The notes under the pieces were generated by a model. It was not told the DNA's origin. It worked only from the letters and a program-made list of their open reading frames with translations, and searched no databases. From Obrimoposthia wandeli (taxonomy: Eukaryota), in assembly GCA_977020255.1 (NCBI GenBank), contig CDROCS010004773.1:1-64000 (forward strand): a stretch of 64,000 bases of DNA, written 5' to 3'. Each line of letters opens with the position of its first letter. Within the stretch, counting starts at the first letter, position 1. The position numbers and the translations under genes are program-made. Below are positions 20,565 through 32,599 of this stretch, piece by piece.

Positions 20565-21140
20565 TCAGTTTTAAAAGGAATAATCATCAATTGCCAGTTT
20601 AAAAGGAATAATCATCAATTGCCAGTTTAAAAGGAATAATCATCAATTTCCAGTTTAAAAGGAATAATCGTAAGTTGCCAGTTTTAAAGAATAATCGTTT
20701 ATTGTCAGTTTAAAAGGAATAATCGTAAATTTCCAGTTTTAAAGAATAATCGTTTATTGTCAGTTTAAAAAGAATAATCGTAAATTTCCAGTTTTAAAGA
20801 ATAATCGTTTATTGTCAGTTTAAAAAGAATAATCGTAAATTGCCAGTTTTAAAGAATAATCGTAAATTGACAGTTTTTAAAGAATAATCGTTTATTGTCA
20901 GTTTAAAAGGAATAATCGTAAATTGACAGTTTTTAAAGAATAATCGTTTATTGTCAGTTTAAAAGGAATAATCATCAATTGCCAGTTTAAAAGGAATAAT
21001 CGTAAATTGACAGTTTTTAAAGAATAATCGTTTATTGTCAGTTTAAAAGGAATAATCATAAATTGCCAGTTTTAAAGAATAATCGTTTATTTTCAGTTTA
21101 AAAAGAATAATCGTCAATTGCCAGTTTTAAAAGAATAATC
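20565..21140 (+). repeat. LTR-A minisatellite, ~28-bp unit
   Basis: gtttaaaaggaataatcatcaattgcca and variants. Confidence 0.9.
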
Positions 21141-21260
21141 GCCTATCGATAAACCTTCGAAGACGATCACACCAGTTCGTCAGAACTACATACGGATCCA
21201 GTACCGGATTGACGCAGTCGCAGCTAGTCGCAGCATATCGGTAAGAACACCGACTAGAGC

Positions 21261-21695
21261 ATTCATTGCCCCTAGTTGGCAATTAGGATACATTCATTAC
21301 CCCTTGTTGGTAATTCGAAATTTTAACATATTAACCAGATTCATTGTCCCTAGCTGACAATTAGGATTGCTGTCTCTTTAACCAAATCATTGTCCCTAGT
21401 TGGCAATTAGGATTGTCCATTTTATTCATTGTCCCCAGCGACAATTAGGAATTGTACCAGTTTTTCCCGTAAGATTCATTGTCCCTAGCTGACAATTCGG
21501 TTCACTCATTGTCCCTAGTTGACAATTCGGAACAAATACTCATTGTCCCTAGTTGACAATTCGGTCCACTCATTGTCCCTAGTTGACAATTCGAACCAAC
21601 ACTCATTGTCCTAGTTGACAATTCGGAGTAAGTTTTCATTGTCATCGTTGACAATTAGGTTTTTAGGAGAATCATTGTTCACAGTGGACAATTCG
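21261..21695 (+). repeat. LTR-A array of 12 palindromic ~27-nt cores with variable spacers
   Basis: tcATTGTCcctagytGACAATt(a/c)gg x12, counted by eye. Confidence 0.9.
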
Positions 21696-22249
21696 TGGTT
21701 AATATACAACAGATAGAGTTACGGATTCAAGAAGCTTTATCCACACATAAGAAGTAGAATCGAAGAAATTTAAGAGAGTTGCGTTATAGATTAACCAACC
21801 TAAGAAGAAGAATAACCCTAAAATCTCGATCACCCGAACGTAAAATCGATACGTGGTTCATCCCCACTTCTTGTAGAGACTTACAGAAGTCTTAGGAATT
21901 TTACCATACTTTTTAGAAATACGTACATAAACGTATTGTTGTGTTAGTTACGTGAATTACAAATAAACAATTTCCTACAGTAGAACAAGTTGTTTTTGCA
22001 CCCTTCAGAATAAGAGACATCAAATCAAATACCTTCAGATAGTACAAGAGATTAGGCAACCATAACACTAAGTAGGCCACGACCAACTTTAAGACCTGCT
22101 TCTAATCGAACTCACGTTGGGGCCCTCCGCACATAAGAGGATCTGTACCAAGTTTCGTAATGAAACCCCAACAGCTTAAATATTATTTTTTAGTTTGCCA
22201 AAAGACAAATATGACTCCAAAACAGTTTTCGCGGATAACTTAGCTGTTG

Positions 22250-22800
22250 ATAACGGGTGTATAATTGAAATCCGTACATGGGGTTAAAATATGACAGATG
22301 GATAGATCATCTTGAAATTTGAGACATACTTTAAAAGTTATTGATATTAAAAAAATATATTTTAATCAACTTATCGATTTATAGCGTAAAATGGAGAATT
22401 TAATTGTATAAACACGAAGAGATGTAATAATACATTATCCCCTATCTCATCCTGATGAATCATTCAATAAAGTCGTCGTCTACGCCAAAGAGCTCATGCT
22501 TGCAAAACAAACTTTCTATAATGTGCTTAACCGCTTCAAACGACGAATTTTATTTAAGAGGGTACAAAGCAAAGTAGGTGAGAAGATGAATGATAGAAAA
22601 GTCAAGAAAATGTTGAAATAGGAACAGTCAAGCTGTTCATCAATGCGCGAAGTAGCATCAAAGTATGAAGTTCATCATACTTATGTAGCAAATATTGGCA
22701 ATGAAGAATAGCGTCCTGGTACCACTGAAAAGCAGAGAGAAGTCCATAGGTAAGAACCTCTAAACGTTTTACGCAGCTCAGAAATGTTCCCTCCATTTAT
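22250..22800 (+). mobile_element. Tc1/mariner-like N-terminal relic
   Basis: Broken HTH-like translation SMREVASKYEVHHTYVANI. Confidence 0.3.
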
Positions 22801-22819
22801 CTGCCATATCAAAACGTAT

Positions 22820-23400
22820 ACTGTCTAACAAGATCTTGTTTTGAGCTGAGTTCTGCCCAAGAGTAACGGTGGAAATTCTCGAATAGGTTCTCTTTTATCA
22901 AGGTTGGTTAAATTTAACACCATATGTTACACTGATGATATCATTATCAACGACAGAGCCTTAAATCCTGTCCAAAAGTTTGGGATTAGAAGGAGCCCGA
23001 GTGGGAACTTGGATGGGGCTGTTGTATGGAAAATAAATAATAAGCTCCAAGAGGTCAACATTTCAGAACCTATCACAAAATGACAGCTGTTTTCCATGTG
23101 GAAGATAGATAAGGGTAGCTAACAATTCGGTAAAACGGCGTTTTATTTCTTGATCTTACGATATTGACACCAAAGACATGTTTTTAGAAAGGATTGAAAA
23201 AGGCAAGCCAAATGATCCTGTCGAAGGTTTATGGTCTGTGTCTTAAACCAAACACGAAGGAATGTTGTTTGCAAAGAGGTTGACGGTAATATAGTTGAAG
23301 ATGCCTTATAGTTAAGAAAGGAGTCCGATAGCAGCCATACAAATGTTGCGGAGCTTGTTGTCTTTATAAAAGGGTTAAACAAGAACTTTTGGAGAATGTC
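22820..23400 (+). mobile_element. Possible non-LTR RT relic
   Basis: QDLVLS (QGxxLS-like) followed ~100 nt later by CYTDDII (YADD-like); many stops. Confidence 0.3.
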
Positions 23401-23812
23401 CAAGATGAAAATCATTACAAATTCAGCAACAATTTTTCAGTGAACAACCTCTCATTTTGGAAGATGTGGACTCAGTATAAAGTGTATGTCTGCAATCCTG
23501 TTCAAGAATAAACTCAGGACTGTAAAACAGTTCCCTAATGAGCTGAGTCTAGACCTTCTGAGCTTAATAAATTCTGAGAGAAAAAAATATATGGTGTGCT
23601 TACTTTAAATACAAGGGAATGGATAAAATAATCTCTCATATCTGTTGTGATAATCTCTAGTATTCCTAAATTGTTTATTTCCTTCTGAAAATTAGATATA
23701 TATATATAATAGACTGCACTATATCACTGCATATCTATACTTATTATGAGACAGAAATGTAAATATTCCTTGTCATTATATCTGTAAGAGTAGAAAATGT
23801 ATATTATAACAT

Positions 23813-24800
23813 TTAACCCTTATAAAACTAACTCAAAATCCCATTTTATACTTATGGAGTCAAAAATAACCCTATATAATTCAAAATAAAATTAAAAAAA
23901 GGTAAAATATTGATACTCAAGTAAACATGTGTCACAACGATTCGGCTGAAGATTATACTACTGAAGATGCTTATATTAATAAAGGAGTAGAATGTTCCAG
24001 ATGCTCTTTAGAGATCCAATACTCCAGCGAGAATGAACCCCATCCTATAGTTACTTTTAATAAAGATGGTGATGAGAAATCTAACGAACCTTTCATAAAT
24101 AAAAATAAAAATTTTAAAGCAATGTGTTTCAATTTAATCAGATAAACTCTGGGCCCAACTAGGATTATATGTAGTTTTTCAACTCCAAAAGATCATTTTA
24201 GGCGTTTAGAATAAATACATATTGTGAAACTTAATGTTAAATACACAAAGGAAGAAGCACATCGTGTTGTTAAAAACTAGAAAAATAGAAAAATTTATTC
24301 ATATATAAGTAAAATTATTTTAACTTCTGTCTAACTCTGTTTAAGGCTTATCATTGTTTGCGGGACCATACATATACAGATTTGAAGTGCAATTAATTTG
24401 TGGATTAAAGAGTACTCATATTTAGTCAACCTATGGGTCGTGATTTCTAGTTGCATTTCGAGGATGTTGCCTGTTTAAAGTTATACCTGTGAATATGGCT
24501 TTAAATTATGGATACTGGTAGATGAAGCACATAGATATTGTTTAAATTTCTATGTATATACTGGGAAAGTTAGTAGAAGTCCCGAAATTAATCAAGGAAG
24601 TATGGTACTGCTGGTAGTAACTGGTCATTTAATAAAAACTAGCAAAAGCGTGACAGTTGACACTTTCTTTACACGTTTATCTGTATTGAAGTAATTGCTA
24701 GCTCGTAAAATGACTATCACTGGTAATGTAATGCAACACAAATGGTTTCTAGTGGAATCTATAACAAACGTAAGTGATAGATCATTATTATCAATAAAGT
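23813..24800 (+). mobile_element. piggyBac-like transposon relic
   Basis: TTAA|CCCT at 23813. 24440-24740 translates to FRGC.LFK..EYGFKLWILVD...YCLNFYVYTGK...VTVDTFFT...LL...TITG. Right end not found. Confidence 0.65.
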
Positions 24801-27800
24801 TTGCATATCAAAATAATACCACATTGGTTTCATATATGGCTACAGTTTGTACTAATTATATAGATCACGGTTCTCAAAGTATGGTACGCGTATTATCCGT
24901 TATATGTGAACTAGTGCTCAGTGGTATGCGGTCAGCAGCTAAAAATCAGAATCATATACAAATATAGTACTATATAATTATAAAATAACGCGGAGGAAAT
25001 CCGAAATCAAAAATTTATAAATTTCAAAAATGTTCTTTGAATTATTTTATTTAATAGTAATTGATTGGAGATAAACTCTCTTAAAAGCAAAAACAGCCAA
25101 GACAAAGAATCAAAGGCCAGTATTTCAATATATTATGTACAAAGACAAAAACGCAATGCTTATATAAGGAAATAGCAATTGGAATATTTTGTGTATGAAT
25201 TTATGAACATTTTAAAAACAAACCATTGGAGTTTTTCCACCGATTTTCACAGATTTGGCTTTAAATAGACGTAAAATAAACCAATTAACGATAATTAATA
25301 GGAAGGTGACAAAGCATCATACGAGGTACGTTTAAGAATTGCAAAAGACAAGTAAACCTCATACAACTGTGAGTCTTTAATACTACCAGCAGCTACAAAT
25401 ATGAAACATTAAATTTCAGGGGAAATGTCACAATACAACTGAAAGTTGTATCTTTATCATACGTATTTCAGGCATGGTAAATTAATTAATAAACAGTTAA
25501 TCGCAAATTAATATTACTTCATTCAAACATACGAAAATACTCATGTAGGTAACGGCCCATCTTCTTAGATATATAAGATTTGAAAAATGCTCAGTCAAAG
25601 ACGAATTCGTATTGTGCAAAGCCTCGCTGCAGCGAACACTTTCGAATCGCGTTTCTAAAAAGCTTGATCGATTTATCACACTGTTGGTACATATATTGAA
25701 CTTAGTAACCCGGAGTGGTATGTGCATGCAAAAGTTTGGGAACCGCTGATATAGATGAATAACAAATTAAACATACCGTCAATATACAATATTCTTACAT
25801 GTACGTTTTTGATATGGATTCTTAATTTAGTAAGTAATATTTGATTATAATATTTGAAACTGATTTCATTTAAGTGAAAGTTATATAGATAATTTATCAC
25901 ACAATATATAATGTTTAATAAGACCATATACAAACTAATTTCAATGAACTCACCATATCGTTTTTATTTGGAATTATATATTTTGACAATATACAAGTTT
26001 GACTCGTGGTTCTTTTATCCTTAAATGCAATAAAGAATGAAATGAATAAAGGTAAAATCAAAATTTAATGTGTAAACCATTAAAATATGATAATCAAAAA
26101 AGACACTGATGACTGCTGAAATATATTAGCGTTGATTTTTTTTAAAATCAGACCTCGTTAAAAAAGATAAAGTATTATTACAAAGCTCTGACGATAATTT
26201 GAAGAAAATATGGATTTGTGAAAAAATCTGAGAGTGTAACTAATACATTTTTAGAATCAAGCAATCGATTACTCTCGATTTAGTTTAGATATCTTTAAAA
26301 CGAAACAAAACTTCATATAAAAAGAAGGAAAATTTCGTGAACAAAGTTTAATTAATTTCCAAATAAGTTATTTTTCCATTTCTAAAAGGTTTGTTAAACT
26401 GATAGAAAATTAGCGACCAGAAAAAAATTGAAATACATTTAAACATTGGATTAAAAAATATTTAGCTTTTTTATAATTATTTTTTGAAAATTTTAGCATA
26501 CTGTATATATATAGTTAATATTATGACTCTATTCTCTCCTGTACTTTCTCTTTGTTATGAAAATTCTATTATGTGTTTCTGTCTTTTTTTTCAATTCTTG
26601 TGTGCGCATGTTATTATTTTATGCATTGTTTTTATGTATTATCGATCGTATATCGATCGGTGATTAGAAGCTTGGTTAAAGAAATCAAAAATGGAAAATC
26701 AAAAATATATAAATTTGTATTTTTTCTCCACCCCAATCCTAAACTTCCCCAACACCATCCCGACAACTTGGTGTCAGAAGGCAAACAACTAGATTCTAAA
26801 TCAACTACTATCGCCCAAGACCAACCTCAATTTCAACATGAGAATACAAGAAGACACAAAAAGCTCTCAGACAACTAATCCAACCAACGTATTTCTAAAC
26901 TCTCTAATAACTCCAAACTCTCCGAAATACCGCCAGACAACCCACAACCAACGTCTCACAGACCTTAACAACATTTAAAAAACATCACAATCTCCTGCTC
27001 TACGCTTTTCGCATTCAACTCTAGTTACTTATCACTAGCTTTCAAATAAACAAGACATTATCAGTTTAATTCAAAATCGGCACAGTCCCGCCACATCGAC
27101 TCACAAATCCTTTTTCCCAAACACACTCACAAACACAAACTGCAATAAAAAAATACAACAATCAATCCATCACAATTCCAACATATTTCACTTACCACAA
27201 CAACACACATAATTAATAGATAAACCTCACACATCGTACCGTGGAACAAAATTATAACCTACCAGAACATGACATTTTGCAAAAAATACTTTCAAAACTC
27301 CCTGCATAAACCTTAAAAGAAATAGTTGAGGAAATCAACAACATCCTGATAGAAGCACTCACAACACTCATCAACAAAAATATAACACACAACTGTTACA
27401 AAATATTATCAGCCCAAAAGTCACTGATTAAAGAAAATTAATAGATATATTGAAAAATACTCAAAAATACTTTTAAACAATTAGACCCTCATATAAATCA
27501 CGAAAGTACAAACATCATATTAGAAACATTCTTAAAACACTTACCAAAACACACCAGGGACATAATTATAACATCGACAAACAAAAACATCAACCATTTA
27601 GCCGACATGGCAGTTAAAATACATAATAACAACAAGACAGAATATGTAAACACAATACACAACCAGAAATGAAATTTAGACTCAGATAGACTCGCAAACA
27701 AAAATACTGGAAAATCTGAACAACATAGTAGAAAACAATAAACTGCTACAATTACTTATATCTATTGATATCTTAAATCTATAAATAACAATTTCGCCAC

Positions 27801-30699
27801 CAAATCACTATTCGACTACCACTGCAATTCAAGAAACAACTCATCACATTTCAGACCAAACAATGCTTACAACACAAGAACTTACTCCACAAACAACTCA
27901 CCTCTTCCCAGATACAAACATACATACAACCAAGCAAAACATTTCAGAAATATTTCACCACACTTTAACACACATAACAAGGACACACGTAACCCATACA
28001 AAATGAACCGCCTGTTACTACTACAAAACATACGGTTCTCGAGTATACAAATGCGAGAGTCCATGTTTATATTCAAAAAACGCATAATACCAGGTATTTC
28101 AGTGCCACATTACACTGGGTTAAACGCTATTTTCAAAGTGCATCCTTCAAACACACTATATAACTTCCTTAATGATTATGGTGCTGCCATTTCCTTAAAA
28201 CCCAAATCAATCTGCACTCAACACAAATACACAACAAAAAGCACTATACTCATAGCCACAATCAACACAAAAATTAACACAAAAAATTAACACTTATGGT
28301 GAAACAAAGTTGAATCTCATTATATAGAACATATCATATCACTGGAATTTCAAAGTCGCAGACATTATACAATCCATATAGGGATCAGATTTTTCGGGAC
28401 ACTTCCACTTATTAATATTATGCCACGACAAAACAAAAATACCACAACACAACTTTTCCGAATCTACACAAAATAGACCACGTTATCACAAAACTCCTAC
28501 CACAATTATTTAAACAAATCCAAACACTTACAAAGACATATTCATACACAACTTACAAATCAACAACCACAACACAATCAGAAACTAACACATTTACACA
28601 CAAAATAATAACATCAAGATATCAATGTCATGCAAAAGTCAGACCACTACCACTGTACAAATTTATGGCCGCAAAAACAATTTTTGACACGATCCTCAAA
28701 AAAAACCCATCAAAATCTCCTTCATTGATTTATTATAATATAATTAACATCTGTTGATTAAGTAACTCAATTAGTAACTTCGTTATTGCAATTAAATTTT
28801 GATGCAGATAATATAATTTGAAATTTAAAAATAAATCGTTTCGACTCTCGTTTCAATTACGACTCTTCAATTCAACAACTACCTTACCGACAATATATAT
28901 AAGCGCTATAAAAAACTCTTTAATGATTAAAAAATTAGAATTATGCTTGTAAAATGTATTATCTTTTTTAAATTATCTATGTATTTTAAAAAGTTTAGGA
29001 ATATTTTGGGAATTTTCCCAAATATTTAAGTGTTAAGTTAAAAAACAGAACAAAATCCAAATTTTATTTAGATATTTTTGATATTTAACATATGAAAGAA
29101 TAGATGTCACTAAAAACAATCCAACTGTATCATATTACCTTCAAACATGTTTACCGTTAACTTTTTCTCTTAAGAATCGCAAAGTTGTGGTTTAGTAAAA
29201 ACCATTTGTTTAAAAATATTTCTGTTATGCTTTAAAGTACGTTATTCAACATTTGATGAATCACAAATAGAAAGTTTGAATAGTCAATTTTTAAAATTAA
29301 CAAAATTAATTGGTTTTGATTTGTTCGGCGTATATGTGTATGTATTTTGCTGGAATTTGTACAAAGAACAAAAGTAAAATATAAAAATTATTTGCAAATT
29401 TATATACAAAAAAAGTTGTAAAGAAAAGGTTTTTTATTTATGCAAATAAGCATCCACGCTCTGTCTACCAATAATACATGCAATAACAGTTATGAGAGCC
29501 CTTGACATGCCCTGAATATTGCTGGAGTCTGGTGAGTCCGTTGTACGTCTTGCAGCATTCACATGAATCATTCCAAACACAGGCTACCACTTGGCATCTC
29601 ATTTCATCATCACCAGCAACATAAATTTCGTGGACACCTACAATTTCTTCCACAGAAACAAGATAAAACAATCTTCAACTTTTTTTATTTAACTATCACG
29701 GCATCAACTATTCATTAAAGAATTACTTTTAAAACTCTCATTACATCGACAACTCAAATATCATTCAAGCCTAAACACACCACATACGCATCACTTAGAA
29801 GTGCAGAATAAATTTCACGACCCGATTGCCTAAAAACAAATCTAATTTGAATTTATTACAGTGTTTCATTGAATTAGGATCACTTATACATAGTATAATT
29901 TCACGTTATTTTTTTTAGTATATTAATGCAATGGAGTATTACCTAACATAAATCAGTTTATTAAATATAGTAAATGTTCATTTACTTTAAATAATAAAAT
30001 AGATTTTAGAGATATTGGTAAGTTTAGATTGTTTTATTCGATTTTCATAATATATTTGAGCTATTATATGTTTCTTATAGTTACTAAATATTAGATAGAT
30101 TTGAAGTTATTATAAAACTTAACTGTATTATAAATAAAAGCTAATGTTCTTAATTCAATGAAATGAATTGTAATTGCTAATTAAGCAACAATTGGTTAAT
30201 CAACAATTAGTCATCAACAATAACCTATCCTTAAACAATCCTTTAAATGAAAGTTTATTTTGAATTTTTAACTTATACACAACCCTCCATCTATTTAAAA
30301 TAAACATTTGTTTCCGATGGCGGTTATATTCAGATAAATATGTATAATGCATTCTTGAAATAACAGTATATATTTGAATAAATGTCACACTCGATTAATG
30401 AAAGTTATGATATAACGGGTGTTCACTAAAAATGTGACAGTAAAATATATATAATTTCTGTATTTGTATTAAAGACGTGCATGTATTTTTAAAATATTAT
30501 CCGGAAACAGCATTTACCACATAAGAAGAACAATCAATAAATATGTAATTGAATCTTTCATTTACTCAATAACGTATATCGATGATAAAGAAGGCAAATT
30601 GCTCATTCTCAAATATTTTGAGGCCCCTTTTGTAAGACCTGATATTATATTGTGCAGAACTAGAAAAGCTAAATGCTTCTAAGATTACAAAGTAAATTA

Positions 30700-31450
30700 C
30701 AAAATATTGAAACGTTACGATGAAGAGGGCATCATTGATCGTATTGAAGGGTTTAGATGAACAAAAAATACTTAGAAGCTGGTTTCCGACGCTCTTGGAG
30801 AAAACCCCCTTTTTAACGAGTTTTGATCATGAAATATGACATTTCACTGCCTTATGTGAATAAGATATTGCTTGAAAATGAGGTTATGGCATTTAGAAAG
30901 CAGAAATTTCTAGACTATATAGAACATTAAAAAATTAACAAAGAATTTGTATTGCGATACTGTACAGATCATTGTTCATTACAGAAGTATGTTCTCCAGA
31001 GATCATTATGGATGAAAAATCATATTTCACATTAAAAATCTTCCAGGTAAAAGTTTCTATTATATGTATACGAATGAGGGTGAAATTCGAAGCCAATGTT
31101 TTGGTTTGTTTAACAATTAGTCTATCTATAATCTCATCTTCTTTACGCCACCATCATTCACTGTTATCAATAGGAAAATATGCCAAAGAATGTGTCACAC
31201 CGAGATTCGTCCAATGCATTCAAAAGTATCACAGTGGCAATAATTATTTCTTATGATCAGATTTAGTTTAGTCTCATTATGCAAACTTCTAGTGTATTGA
31301 TTAGTAACAAAACACTCCATCTGTCCCACACTTAAGACCTATTGAGGATTTCTAAGGTCTCATGAAACGGAGGCTTATCCAAACAAATAGCAGGCGCAAA
31401 TCTTGAAACAGCTTGAAAAATCGAATTCAATATTGTGTTAAAAGGTTCAG
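30700..31450 (+). mobile_element. Tc1-like DDE transposase relic
   Basis: IMDEKSYFTL, KFEANVLVCLTIS, D...SHYA, NTPSVPHLRPIEDF.GLMKRRL, with stops. Confidence 0.7.
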
Positions 31451-32599
31451 CCTCTCGTTTCCATTAAATAATAAACTATTTCATATAATAATTCATATTT
31501 GGGTTAAAAAATAGTCTATTGATCTTGATATTTTAAAATATAATTGTTGTCGATTTTTTATAATCATCTGTTAGTGGTTTATGTGAAATAATTTTATGTT
31601 TGGTACAAGGTTTGTCTTAAAGTCGCAGTATTTTGTTTACATTCTTTTAAAGACTATTATTTAAAATAATAAGTGCATGATTACAATTAGAAATAAATGG
31701 CTTACAAGTTGCACTAAAACTTCATTACCAGAGTTTTCATCACAGTCTGACGACGACTCCTGTAAAAAATATTTAAGTTAGATTTGAATATAAGTAGTAA
31801 AAATATATACATGAACTAGAACAAGTTGTTGGTTTAATTCAAATTAATGTTACCGATGAAAATGGATTTTTTTAATATAATTATCTTTATTATTTAATTT
31901 TGTTATACATAATTTAATAAATTTTTACAAATCGAATATCAAGATTCTCTGTTTTTTAATTCATACCGGTTATTGTCTATACGATAGTTAAAAAGCTATG
32001 GCACAGTATTATTTTCGGAATTGATAAACTTTAAATTCTTATGTTTTTTACTAAAATAATAAATTGTTTTTAAACAAAATGTATACGAATCTAAATTGTA
32101 TGAGTTTATTTTGTACATGTAAATTTGTGTTAGTTTACTAGTTTAATTATTAACAAGTAATTATGAATTTATCTGACAAATTGTTAGTATTTTAATTAAA
32201 TTATTGAAACAATAAATCACTGTCAATGAAATTGTTGGTACAATGTTGTATTTAAATAAATTATGAAAATTAAGAAAAAAATCAAATGCATCTATTCATT
32301 ACAAGACACTCCTAAAAGTGGTAAACCCTGTAAAATAATTAAGTAATTAGTAGATTTTCACATATTTATTAATTTTATTTATAATGTAATTTCTGTGCAT
32401 ATGTATTTTTCAAGTTGACTAACAAAAGACAGAATAAGATATTAAAAATAAATTTAACAAAGTTTAATCGTAAATTTAAAATAAAAACTATTTAATATTA
32501 TAATTAGAAAGTAATAGAAAAATATTTAAAACTAACAACTGAATTTTCTGGTGCATCAAGTCTATCTGGAGTCCATCCAGTCTGAAAAATTAATATTCA

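Larger units (their letters stand above)
1..22173 (+). mobile_element. Giant Ty3/Gypsy LTR retrotransposon, copy A (5' LTR cut by window start)
   Basis: PR-RT-RNaseH-IN order. LTR end ...AACA at 299 and a full LTR TGTTAGG(20018)...CCCAACA(22173). Homologous LTRs at 45028-46696 and 60645-62857. Confidence 0.95.
20018..22173 (+). repeat. 3' LTR of copy A (2156 bp)
   Basis: TGTTAGG...CCCAACA termini. The boundary is fixed by where homology with copy C starts (60645). TATAA at 20346. Confidence 0.92.

Noticed and set aside
21261-21695. CRISPR array (palindromic repeat with variable spacers)
   Set aside because: Spacers are 3-25 nt, irregular and collinear between two LTR copies; no cas genes; eukaryotic context.
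29465-29671. Cys-rich 68-aa ORF as a gene
   Set aside because: No recognisable motif, start or convincing splice context.
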